Below, one piece after another: positions 43,664-55,645 of a DNA stretch of 64,000 nt; within the stretch, counting starts at the first letter, position 1; every line of letters starts with the position of its first letter. Origin of the DNA: Amoebidium appalachense (lineage: Eukaryota; Protista; Ichthyosporea); contig CAVNZM010000011.1 in assembly GCA_963693365.1 (NCBI GenBank), positions 6,157,921 to 6,221,920 on the forward strand, read 5' to 3'. Below the pieces are notes generated by a model. That model was not told the origin of the DNA. It searched no databases and saw only the letters and a list, made by a program, of their open reading frames with translations. Both the position numbers and the translations under genes were made by a program.

Positions 43664-43736
43664 CGCCCAACGTGGGGCTCGAACCCACGACCGCGAGATT
43701 AAGAGTCTCGCGCTCTACCGACTGAGCTAGCCGGGC
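43664..43736 (-). tRNA. tRNA-Lys(CTT)
   Basis: Identical 73-nt copy with downstream T-run. Confidence 0.97.
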
Positions 43737-44057
43737 GATGCTGATCCGGCTTATGCTTGTTAAACAATCGGAAAACCCACATCATTACATAGACATGTTC
43801 AATATCTTTTCACCGAGACTTTAGTATAGAACATCTACACACCGAAAGTACCGCAAGAATGGCCCTCATACATAAAAAAAGCCCAGTCAATTATTCAACA
43901 TAGCCCTGAAACACCATTTTTATATTCTCGTGCTGAACCACAGTGCTATGAGGTACCCATTTCATGGTTCCAACTGCAGGCTGAGGCTCACGCATGTCGT
44001 GAAAAATGCAGGGGAATTCACAAGAAAACACGCTGACATAATCGTTGCAATAAAACT

Positions 44058-44123
<66 letters not shown>

Positions 44124-44153
44124 AGAAAAAAGTGAACAGCAAAAGGGGGGGGG

Positions 44154-44218
44154 TTTTGAATGCGTCAAAAAGTACGAAGTACACAAGAACAAACGGATAA
44201 CACGATGCAGAATGCAAA
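44154..44218 (-). mobile_element. 3'-end fragment of repeat monomer B
   Basis: tttgaatgcgtcaaaaagtacgaagtacacaagaacaaacggataacacgatgcagaatgcaa between two G-runs. Confidence 0.8.
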
Positions 44219-44219
44219 A

Positions 44220-44250
<31 letters not shown>

Positions 44251-44340
44251 AGAAGAAAGTGAACAGCAAAAGGGGGGGGGGGGGGGGGGGGGGGGAGAAG
44301 AAAATGAACAGCAAAACAATAAGAGAGGGGAAAAAAGAAG

Positions 44341-44413
44341 CGCCCAACGTGGGGCTCGAACCCACGACCGCGAGATTAAGAGTCTCGCGCTCTACCGACT
44401 GAGCTAGCCGGGC
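44341..44413 (-). tRNA. tRNA-Lys(CTT)
   Basis: Identical 73-nt copy. Confidence 0.97.
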
Positions 44414-45061
44414 GATGACGACCGGCCCCAATAGTGAAAACTGACCCAAACTGCAATTCCCATTCCAGAAACCTCAACAAGGAATAACATACGAGGCACG
44501 GTACAGTGATCATGGCCAGCCCGGGCACTCACTACCACGGACACACCCGTTCACACACACACACACGAACACACGCGCCTCCACGGGGGGGGGGGGGGGG
44601 GATTACCCTGGGGTGGCAGGAATCGGCGGGGGAAAGAGTGTGAAGTCGATGCCAACATCACTCCAAAAGGCAAAACGTCAAAACTCATCAACTGATGTTG
44701 CTGTAACGAGGGATTAGGAACCGCATGATGAAATTGTTGGGAACATTGCGCACTTTTCATTTCTCCTTCATTTTCAAAAAAAAAACTTCCCGGAGGGGAG
44801 GGGAGGGGAGGAGTGAGGATTCTCGAGGAGGGTTGGGATGGTGGAGGGGGGGGGGTATGCGTGAAAGGGTTGGAATTATGGAGGAGGAGACACCAAAAGA
44901 CAAAACACAAGTGTTCCAAAAATACAAACACCAGAAATCAAGCCTCAAAAAATAAGAATAAAAGGGGGGGAAAGGCACAAGATTACTGGAACAGAACCAA
45001 TAAATGGGGGGAGGGGTGTGTGTGTGGGGGGGGGGGGGGGGGGAAGGGGGGAGGGGGAGGG

Positions 45062-45731
45062 TTAAGAATGCGTCATAAGAGAACGAAGTCCCCATTCATA
45101 CAGGGCAAACACAAAGCAGAGTGCAAAGCACACATAAAGAGTATGCATAATATGCAGAGTCCATCCTCAGAGGGGGAAGGGAAGAGGGGGGGAGGCGGGA
45201 GGGGAGAGGGGGGGGGGGAGGAGGGGGGAATCAGATAAGAGAGAGGATTTGTTACCGACCAGTAGCGATAGGGTGGTCGTCCCCCGTTGATGTACTTGAC
45301 GTAGGTTAGCCCATCCTGCCTACCCCCATCTAGGCGGTAATAGTGTGGGTGGGTGCGGTGTGCCACAAACCCATGTGTCTCGTAGAAGCGGCAGGCGGGG
45401 GTGTTGGTGGATAGAACGTGGAGATATATGGCCTGATGGGAAGGGAGATAGTTGGTGAGGATGGGTGAGACAAGTTCATTTAATGACTGTGTTGGCATTT
45501 CTCGGATATCGCATTACTTGAAACATATCAAGAGACCTGTCCGCACCCGGGGGCAGGGGGCTTCGTCTTCCCTTTTTTCTCCCTCTCTTTTTTTTGTCCT
45601 TTCTTCCGCCCGATCAAGAGAGAGAGGGGGGGGGGGGGGGGGAATAGAATGTGTTATGAGTGTTATGTGTAAGTACGAAGTACACATCCATAACGGATAA
45701 CATACTGCAAAGCGCACAAACTACACACCAA

Positions 45732-45777
<46 letters not shown>

Positions 45778-45861
45778 TGAATGCGGAACACAGTACGAAG
45801 TACGCATACACGATGAGAAGCATGGTGCAGGACACATGCAAAGGCAAACATTCAAGTATGC
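45062..45861 (-). mobile_element. Three 5'-truncated repeat fragments (B 45062-45172, B-like 45645-45725, A 45776-45861) flanking an NAA60 exon
   Basis: Each begins (t/a)gaatg next to a G-run and matches the reverse complement of a monomer 3' end. The span also contains NAA60 exon 45432-45256. Confidence 0.7.
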
Positions 45862-46254
45862 AGGGGGGGGAGGGGAGGGGATAAATGCATGAGACATACC
45901 AAGACACAACAAAAACCCAAACCAAAAAGCAACCAGGGTAGACATCGAACCTGCGACTCCCTGCTTCCCCGAATGATAATAGGGAAGGGGGGAGAAGGGG
46001 GGAGAAGGGGGGGGGGGGGGGGGGGGGGGGGGGTATATACCTGACACTTGATGGAGGCAGAATCAGAGGAGATGGGGGGCTGATCTGGGTGGATGGAGCT
46101 ACCCTCCAGATGGGATAAAAATAGCGCCAATAGCTGGCTACCTGGGTCGGGCCAAGAAATCAGTTTGTGTTCAGAAAACAAAGTACCCCGTTGAGATATT
46201 TTGGTGTAAAAAGAGAATCGAGGGAGAGGGAAGGGGAACACGCGGGATGGTGGT

Positions 46255-46286
<32 letters not shown>

Positions 46287-47868
46287 ATATCAAGTCATTG
46301 ACTGATGAGACACAACCTGAAGGGATTACCCTTCACCGATCTCATCAACAATACAATGAGCAACAGAAACAAAAGAATGAAGGAAGAGAAACAAAACAAA
46401 GAAAAGCAAAACAAAAAAATGACGCCCAACGTGGGGCTCGAACCCACGACCGCGAGATTAAGAGTCTCGCGCTCTACCGACTGAGCTAGCCGGGCTGATG
46501 ATAGCAGGACCGGTCCCAGAAAATCACGTGGCAATTTCAGCATTCACACTACAAAATAGAGCAAACAGCACGTTCACGACGGACAAGGTGTTTTGCAAAC
46601 ATGTGCCGGGGGTGTGGGTGTGGGTGTGGGTGAAAGTGGGGGCGGGAATCCAATCATGTCAGGCCATCGAAATGTATGGCCGAAAGTGCACGCATATGCA
46701 GGTTGCACCCATGGGCAAGAATCAAGGAGGGGAAGGGAGGGGTGTAAGGAGTGGGTTCGGCGGTTGTAATAGTGCAAAAAAAAAGTTAACGACACCATCA
46801 CCATGGCAAAAGAAGGGAATTATCAGCCAACGAAAGTAAGAACCAAAAAGGAAAAAGAATCGCCCAACGTGGGGCTCGAACCCACGACCGCGAGATTAAG
46901 AGTCTCGCGCTCTACCGACTGAGCTAGCCGGGCTTGTGTCCACTCGGATGGGCCTCACAAAAAACCGAAAAAAGAAGGGAACCGTACCTTATCTGACCGA
47001 GAATGGGAAAAAGGACGACACAATCATGACGGAAAAAAGCTGAACGATCAGCCAACGATAATAAGAGCCAAAATTAAAAATAATCGCCCAGGGAACCGTA
47101 CCTTATCTGACCGAGAATGGGAAAAAGGACGACACAATCATGACGGAAAAAAGCTGAACGATCAGCCAACGATAATAAGAGCCAAAATTAAAAATAATCG
47201 CCCAACGTGGGGCTCGAACCCACGACCGCGAGATTAAGAGTCTCGCGCTCTACCGACTGAGCTAGCCGGGCTGATGCCAACAAGGCCGGCCCAAAAGAAT
47301 CGGCGGAAATTATAGCTGTGCCAATTGAGTGTACTGCAAAAAACACAAACGACGGATACCATGCAAACAATGTGCCCCCCCCGGGAGGGGGGAGGGGGAG
47401 GGGGGGGGGGGGGGATAGTATTACAATAAACATCAACGACACCATGATGAAAAAAAGGAGCTATCGGCTAAGGAAGTCTCTATCCCCGCCCCCTCCCCTC
47501 CGGGGGGGGGGGGGGGGGATAGTATTACAATAAACATCAACGACACCATGATGAAAAAAAGGAGCTATAGGCTAAGGAAGTCAGAGCAAAAAAGAAAAAG
47601 ATTCGCCCAACGTGGGGCTCGAACCCACGACCGCGAGATTAAGAGTCTCGCGCTCTACCGACTGAGCTAGCCGGGCTGATGTCTATGCAAAGGGCCCAAA
47701 ACAATCGGCAGAAAAACATTCCACTATCCAGTCCTTTACGCTGCGGTGCGTACGGGTTCAAAGTGCGTCACAGGGAAGGGCAAAGCGATCCACGAAGGAT
47801 AACACAATGCAAATATTTTTTCATTTCTTTTCTCTTTTTTTTTTTTTTGTTTTTTGTTGTTGTTGTTG

Positions 47869-47926
<58 letters not shown>

Positions 47927-48006
47927 GAAGAGCAGGTTTGAAGGGCACATTTCAAACGGCCAACACAATGCAGACATTTCAAAATGCGAGCAGAGTACGT
48001 CAAAAT

Positions 48007-48037
<31 letters not shown>

Positions 48038-48453
48038 GACTTCAAATCGTTCAGAAGATACTGGCTGTCATGATAAAAATGTGGCCGAAAAAACAGCGCA
48101 ACTTGCACAGTTCACTCACCAAGGAGTGTGTGTCATGAAGGGGTGTGTACATACGTGTGTGGGTTGGGGGGACGGGGGGGACGGGGGGGAGGGAGGGGAA
48201 CACAACAAAAGTTGAACAAAATCACAGGGGATGTCTCGGCCAATAAAAGTATGAGCCAAAAAGAAAAAGAATCGCCCAACGTGGGGCTCGAACCCACGAC
48301 TGCGAGATTAAGAGTCTCGCGCTCTACCGACTGAACTAGCCGGGCTTGTGTCCTCTCGGATGGGCCTATTAAAAAACCGAAAAAGAAGGGAACGGGAAAT
48401 GAATTCAAACTGTGCAGCATACAGCAATCGGAGAACAGAGTGTTTCGGAACGC

Positions 48454-48503
<50 letters not shown>

Positions 48504-49958
48504 TGAATGCGGAACACGGTATGAAGTATGCATACACGATGAGAAGCATGGTGCAGGACACATGCTAAGGCAAACATTCAAGTATGCAACATCAGCCATG
48601 CGGACAGTATGCGTCATAAGCAGAGCCCATCCTCAGGGAGGGCCCAAGTGGGGGGGGGGGGGGGGGGGGGGGGAGGAGATGTATGCATTACCGAACGGGA
48701 AGAACGGAGGCAGAGACGAAAAGTGGCAAACCCAACGGTTTAAAAGTAACCGAGTAAATGTGCAGCCAACAAGCCCTGCGTGTGAATCACGGCGTGCGTA
48801 CTGGTTGTAGTTGAAGTACACGGTATGATGGAAAAGAAAATGCAGGCAAGAACGAAAGTTGTTATGCTAAGTAATCACGTGTGTGTGTGGTGTGCGTGTG
48901 TCAGTGGGGGGGTTTGAATGCGTCAAAAAGTATGAAGTACACAAGAACAAACGGATAACACGATGCAGAATGCAAGCCATACATAAAGAGTATGCATAAT
49001 AAGCAGAGCCCATCCTCAGGGGGGGGGCACGTCATCCACAGTACCCGAGTTTCGACCTATTCACCTCGTTAACGAAACCCAACTCAGATACTGTTCCACT
49101 TGAACATGGGTAGGTCACCCATCTTGATAGAGGAATGCACAACCCGAAAATGCATGCATGTACAACACACGCCAACAATTAACAAAGGGGAAAAAGAGAA
49201 AAAAAAGAAAAGAAAAAAAGAAAAAAAAGGGCAAGAGTTGAAGACAAAGACAATATATTAGCCGGGGGGTAAAAGAACTCGCCCAACGTGGGGCTCGAAC
49301 CCACGACCGCGAGATTAAGAGTCTCGCGCTCTACCGACTGAGCTAGCCGGGCTGTGGAAACTTTGGCCCGTTCCAACTACAGCGAAAAAAACGTAATAAG
49401 TTGACACAGGTTTACTCGCGAATAGAGCACAACTACTGTATATGGAAGGTTTCGCAACAAAAAAAAATTGCAACCTACGCTTCTTGTGTTCCCAAAGGAA
49501 GTAAGGCATACTCGGAAAAAAACAAGGTGAGATATTGCAGAGAGAGCTCAATCGTCGGAGTAACAACTGAGAAAGGGCTGCAAGATGAAGCCCACCAAGA
49601 ACTTACACCCAAGGATGTGCTAAAAGGGAAAAAAGAAGACCGGGGAATAGAATTGAAACAACCAAAAACCACACCCGAAAATGAACAGAGTAAAGAGCAA
49701 GCAGCAACAACAACAAAACAAAACAAAAAAAAAATCGCCCGATGCGAGACTTGAACTCGCGACCCTGGGATTAAAAGTCCCATGCTCTACCGACTGAGCT
49801 AACCGGGCTCAGATATTTTCGCTAGGCATCGTCAAATCATAATCCAGAACGGAAGAATTGATTTAAGGTCACCGAAACAGTCCCAAGAATACCATTACCT
49901 CGACGTTAGGAATCGGAAAGAACAAAACAACAACGAGAAAGAACCACCATTCGAACAA

Positions 49959-49997
<39 letters not shown>

Positions 49998-50301
49998 AGG
50001 AATGCATCAACAGGTATATACGGCTATAGAAACAGAGACTACTGGTTATAAGGCAAAACAAAAGATACCATAGCCAAAACAAAAACAAACACAAAAAAAG
50101 CACCCATGTGCCAGGCAGAAATTAAATAGCTAAGAAGAGCCCATCGTCAGCGGGATTCCTATGCCTCTACAAAACAACGGGTTTCGATTCTTCGACCTCG
50201 CCCTAAAAACGCTGGGTTACTCAAGCAGCAGCAATCCAAAAACGCACCACCAGGAGGGACAGGGGTGGGTGAGCAAGTGCGGAGGAGGAGGAAACGCGGG
50301 G

Positions 50302-50336
<35 letters not shown>

Positions 50337-50999
50337 TGAATGCGTCAAAAAGTACGAAGTACACAAGAACAAACGGATAACACGATGCAGAATGCAAGCC
50401 ATACATAAAGAGTATGCATAATAAGCAGAGCCCATCCTCAGGGGGGGCCCACGTCATCCACAGTACCCGAGTTTCGACCTATTCCCCTCGTTAACGAAAC
50501 CCAACTCAGATACTGTTTCACTTGGACAGGGGGGGGGGGGGGGGGGGGGGGGTTTGAATGCGGAACACAGTACGAAGTATGCATACACGATGAGAAGCAT
50601 GGTGCAGGACACATGCAAAGGCCAAAATTCAAGTATGCAACATCAGCCATGCGCACAGTATGCGTCATAAGCAGAGCCCATCCTCAGGGAGGGCCCAAGT
50701 CATCAATTGCGTCTGAGTTTCGACCCCTTAGCCCGCGTATATACGACGCTCCAACTCAGACAGCAGCATCAACTGAACTTGGGTGGGTCAACCCGTCTTG
50801 ATCAAAGACGAGCAGGGTTGCTTATGCAAGCAAGGTGAGCAAAACGGTGAAGATGTGTGTGCAAACTAATGGGGGGGGGGGGGTCAAAAGGGGTTACTGG
50901 CAGAGCACGAATTACACATTCAAATAGCATATTTTGCAAGCACAACGGAGTATGCACCGCTGGGGGGAGGGGGGGGGGACGGGAGAGGGAGGGGGGAGG

Positions 51000-51031
<32 letters not shown>

Positions 51032-51814
51032 ATTGCACACACCCAAACCCTGGCGACGGTAGGTGGTCGAAACACCAAGTGTCATCAGATAGGCAGCCCA
51101 CCTATCACCGAGCTCGAAGGAGAGTCCGAGAATGTCTGAATCCTGTTGTGGCCCCAAAAGAAATCGTGTCACTTAAATATTTAAAATATAAAAATGACAG
51201 ATATAGTTTTGCGTGTGTAATAAATGGCCCCGGTGTGGGCCCTATATAAAAGAGCCTAGATGGTGATTTTGTGAAAAAGATGCCGATATAAACTTTTTCA
51301 GCTGCAATGCAACAGCGTGAAACGATTGCAATATTACGTGTTGCTCGCAATCATCTCAAACTAATTCAGTAAGCGGAAGACTAATAATAATAGCATACCC
51401 GCTGCTGTGGTATTCTTGTATCCCTTCCCAAGATCAACCTTATCACGATTTGCGACCGATTTGTCAGCATATATGCATTTGCGGTAATCCTCATCCCCCC
51501 CTCTTCCCCCTCCCCCCAACATAAACACCAAAAGAATCAAAATACAAACACCCCCATTACCAGCATCACCACCACCGACGACCTTTCCCCACCCCTCCTG
51601 CCGCCCCGCCCACTCCCCATTCCCACTACATCCTCCCCCCTGCCCTCTTCAGTGCCCAGCACACACTCGTGCATGTGCGCGCCCACGCATGCACGTGCAA
51701 GCGGACGTGCACGCACCCACGCACACACACGCACGCACACACATACGCACACACACACGTGCACGCACACAGACGCGCGCGCACACACCCGCACACACAC
51801 CCGCACACACATAC

Positions 51815-51856
<42 letters not shown>

Positions 51857-51878
51857 TGTGCGCGCACACACATACCCA

Positions 51879-51973
<95 letters not shown>

Positions 51974-52557
51974 AACACACATCCACAAACACAAAGAAAG
52001 AAGGGGGAAAAAAAGAACTAAACAGCAAGAATGAAACATTCCCTCACGCATATGTGATATACCCTGGGGTTTAAAGGTACGCACCTCGGGGTGCCACCGC
52101 GACTCTGGCATGAGTTCTGCGACAAGCAGACCGACAATGCACCCGTTTGTGTCTGTTGCGGCGAGGGTGAAGTAGCGGTCCGAAACAGAGGTTACATCCG
52201 AGAAATACTGCTGGTTATACCTGTAAAAATACAGTCGGTAAGTAGGAATATTGCTGTTTTTACGTGTGTATTGCCAATCCAGAATAATAATATCGTACGT
52301 GACAGTATGTTAAGTAGATATGCTTTTGATTGATGTGCATGTGTTTGTATTTATGTAAATATCGTATCTAGGTATGGGGTACTTTCGTGAGGCGGACTAA
52401 GAGGGAATGGCAGCTTGTTTCCCACAAAATCGAAGAAGAAACCTCCATTCAACACAGCGGTGGCATATTTATCTTCTTTTCCCCCTTATGATGGGAATGG
52501 TTGGCGCAGGGGGAGGAGGAGGGCCAGCGGGGGGGGGGGGGGGAGGGGGGAGGGGGG

Positions 52558-52597
<40 letters not shown>

Positions 52598-53220
52598 TGC
52601 AGTGCACAGTACGATTTACAGGTTGACAACGGGCAAAGAAGGAATACGGATATGTCAAAAAAGTGCACGCAAACCAAGAAAGGAACACAAATCGAACTGA
52701 TTCTGAGCAAGGGCTTGGGGTTCGGTATGCAGTTTGAAGTGCAAACTGGGTTACGAATCCCATAGTGGCAAAAGTCATGCGACACGAAGACCATATCTGG
52801 ACCGGGGATGCAGGAGGGGTGGGAGGGTGGGGAAGGTTGAGAGGGGGTAAGGGTGTTTACAGTGGAAGAGAGGGGAGGTGGGAGGGAATGGAATCCAATG
52901 CGCAGCAAGAAGTGTTAATAAGGGCCTGGTGCACTAGATACAAAACTACACAACATTTGACATCCAGAAGATGTGCATAAACAACAGAATTCTACCACTT
53001 GGAAAGCGGTGTCTTGGGTAGAGTGTTGGCATGCTCGGACCAGAGAAAACAAAGGTACCACGAGTATCACCGAAAACAGCTTCAAGTGTGTTAGCGCAAA
53101 ACAGCTTCCAGCGTGTTTACACAGCCCATGGGGACAAGAAGAGGCGAAAAAAGTGTCCGTGAAAAGGAAAGCAAAGTGAAGGGGGAATGGGAAGAGGGGG
53201 CGGGGGGGGGGGGGGGGGGG

Positions 53221-53262
<42 letters not shown>

Positions 53263-53301
53263 TGGCTGAGGGAGAAAGGCGGGGGGAAAGAAGGCGCGGG
53301 G

Positions 53302-53336
<35 letters not shown>

Positions 53337-53934
53337 ATTATGAGTGGTGGTTTTATGCACTACACGGTACAAGATGATTCACGACGCAAAATGACACGCG
53401 CATGTGTGAAAAAGAACTCGCAAAAGGAGTTTAAAAAAAGTTGTAGGGGGGGGGGGGGGGGGGGGGGGGGAAAGACAGAAAGGGCCAAGTGGAGAAGTGA
53501 TGGAGAAAGAGCGAAAGAGAGAAAATCATAGAACGAAGAACCACGGGATACGGGGTGTATTTACACACAAAAACCCAAGAAAAGAGATCTGGTTGCTAGA
53601 CAAGAAACGAACAGGGACGTGTACAGGAGATGCAGGAGTGGGAACCATGGCAACGCAGTTTAACCAATAAGACATAGGGTTAACAGGGGGGGGCCAAGCA
53701 GTGGTATGTTTAAGCACAAAGGGAAAGAAAGAGAGAAAGAGAGTTATAATCGAAACAGGTTGCTTGGATAACTTGCCTCACGGGGAACCACTGGGTGTGG
53801 AGACAAGCCACGACGTCGTAATCAGACGGTCTGAGAGGCCGAAACGTCACGTTTTTGGTCGCACCCATTATGCTCTTTTGTAGAACGTCGCTGTTTACAT
53901 TTCCATTGACAAAAGGCCTGGCTATGTTAACCAT
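45256..53934 (-). CDS. NAA60: N-alpha-acetyltransferase 60 (NatF, GNAT fold); 3' end unresolved
   Basis: Exons on the minus strand: 53934-53777 (GC donor), 52220-52085, 51142-51043, 46141-46041, 45432-~45256. Motifs: FRPLRPSD..LHTQWFPVRY, IVGLLVAE, AYLMTLGVSTTYRRQGLGS.LL, CQAIYLHVLSTN..ACRFYE.HGF, PHYY..DGLTYVKYINGGRPP. Terminal exon not identified. Confidence 0.9.
46423..46495 (-). tRNA. tRNA-Lys(CTT), inside NAA60 intron 3
   Basis: Identical 73-nt copy. Confidence 0.97.
46861..46933 (-). tRNA. tRNA-Lys(CTT), inside NAA60 intron 3
   Basis: Identical 73-nt copy. Confidence 0.97.
47199..47271 (-). tRNA. tRNA-Lys(CTT), inside NAA60 intron 3
   Basis: Identical 73-nt copy. Confidence 0.97.
47604..47676 (-). 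tRNA. tRNA-Lys(CTT), inside NAA60 intron 3
   Basis: Identical 73-nt copy. Confidence 0.97.
48273..48345 (-). tRNA. tRNA-Lys(CTT) variant with two substitutions
   Basis: D-stem GCTC>GTTC (G:U wobble) and variable loop CGGTC>CAGTC relative to the other copies. Confidence 0.9.
48501..49140 (-). mobile_element. Repeat copies: truncated A (48501-48648) and a long B monomer (48912-49140)
   Basis: Reverse-complement matches to 9347-9938; the B copy includes the upstream stem cccatgttcaagtggaacagtatctgagtt. Confidence 0.85.
49280..49352 (-). tRNA. tRNA-Lys(CTT), inside NAA60 intron 3
   Basis: Identical 73-nt copy. Confidence 0.97.
49736..49808 (-). tRNA. tRNA-Lys(TTT), inside NAA60 intron 3
   Basis: GCCCGGTTAGCTCAGTCGGTAGAGCATGGGACTTTTAATCCCAGGGTCGCGAGTTCAAGTCTCGCATCGGGCG; anticodon loop CT-TTT-AA; long T-run terminator. 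Confidence 0.95.
50334..50865 (-). mobile_element. Dispersed structured repeat: A monomer (50865-50552), poly(C), B monomer (50527-50334), poly(C)
   Basis: Near-identical reverse complement of the copies at 3641-4330 and 9347-9938; in NAA60 intron 3. Confidence 0.85.
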
Positions 53935-55137
53935 TTTAAATATCGGCACGGGGGCACTGCTGGGGCAGGTTTCTTCCTGACTATGCGATTCCAACTCGAA
54001 CTTAAGATGTCCATGACTATGTGAGAAAAAGAGGGCTGGGTAGAGGAACTAAATTTAAGCTTGCGTATTTCGTTAGGCTAGGTCCTTAGCGGAAGAGGGG
54101 GAACTTGGTTCACTTGTGGCTCTTTGATGCATATATACTATGGCTATTAATTAAAATGTAATGGGTAAAAGAATTTGTAATAGGCTAGGCTCCACCCAGG
54201 CGAGACAAAAAAAAAAACTACGAAAAAAAAAAAAAAAGGAAAAGAAAACACGAAGTCGACTGTCGACACTGCTCGTTGAAAAACTTTTTCGAAAGGAATT
54301 TTCATCTCCAGGGATCATGGGAGTGAGTAACCAACCAAAACGCTTCTATGATTTCCATAATTAGTCATTACTCAAGGTAGCCAATCAACGCGTACTTCAT
54401 TTAGATTCTTCTCAGGGTTTGAACCGCTCACAAGTTCCGACGGTCTGCTTCAAAGGCTTCATGTTTCAAGCTATTGTCGTAGAGAGAGAAGGAGTACGTA
54501 CGGCGGGGCTATTTTTTTGTTTTTTCAAGTTTTTTCTGTCCAAGATTTATCCTCGTTTATAGCCATTAAACCGTTGCTGTTTTAGCTTCTGTCCACGGTT
54601 TTCACACTGGTACCCTGTAAAACACTCTAAATTTTTATGGGCCAAGGTACATACACTAACCCATTTATCTGCTTCTTACCCTGGTTCCACAGTCGAGGCT
54701 CAGTGAACACTTTTCGTTTTCTGCTATGTAAGTTTTTAGGGCCCACTATTTTGGTCAACAAAAGGGGGCCATGTTATTGCTGCATTGCTTCTTAAATATT
54801 TAATAATTGTGGGCTACAACTACAGCTTAACGCTAGAGTAAAGATAGCCCTTTGGCTCTCACAAACAACTCACCACCATAGTGTAAACAGCACATCCCCT
54901 CTCTGATCTCACCTTTACCCACCAGTGAGTGGATCGACTTGATGTTCGTGTGCATTTAATCAAAGTATGAAATTGCTTGGATTTTTTCTATTTTGTTACC
55001 TACCATATTATATCGCCAGACTATAGCAGCATACACCACAACACATGTGCCTTTTTTTTTAGGCAAACACAACATTTTCTGAGCTATCGTTGAATTGCAC
55101 TTGGAAGCCGCCCTGGAAGGGTGAAAAAAATAGAAAA

Positions 55138-55545
55138 ATGTCGGACGCTGCTTGTGAAAAGATGCTCAACGAGCTTAAGAAGCTCCCCGAGAACAAAGTG
55201 TGTCCAAACTGCAAGGCGGAGAACAAGTTTGGCCACTCAAACATCTGTGTGCCCTTCAAGACCTTTGTGTGCAGGTATGTCCGTGTGCTTGTGTGTGTAT
55301 GTGGTGTGTGTGTGCGTGTGCATATGTTGGGTCTGCGGGTAAGGGGGATGGCTGGTGGTATTGGTTGTGGTGGTTAAGGGGTTGGGTGGATTGGGGGCGG
55401 CTAAGTGGGGAGGTAGGGGAATAGAGGGGGGGAGGGTTTGGGAGGAAACGGAAAGAGGTAAGGGGTGCGCCTGGGGTAGGGTGTGTGGAAGGGGGGGAGG
55501 GGGGCGGACGGGTGTTTCCAGATCTTGCTTGCAGGTCGGCTTGGG

Positions 55546-55595
<50 letters not shown>

Positions 55596-55597
55596 TT

Positions 55598-55645
<48 letters not shown>

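Noticed and set aside
43890-44740. Candidate terminal exons of NAA60
   Set aside because: Several AG acceptors give short open frames, but none resembles the NAA60 C-terminus enough to choose one.
43186-49808. CRISPR-like repeat-spacer array or tRNA-derived SINEs
   Set aside because: The repeats are exact 73-nt tRNA-Lys genes with T-run terminators and no shared 3' body, encoded CCA, tail or target-site duplication.
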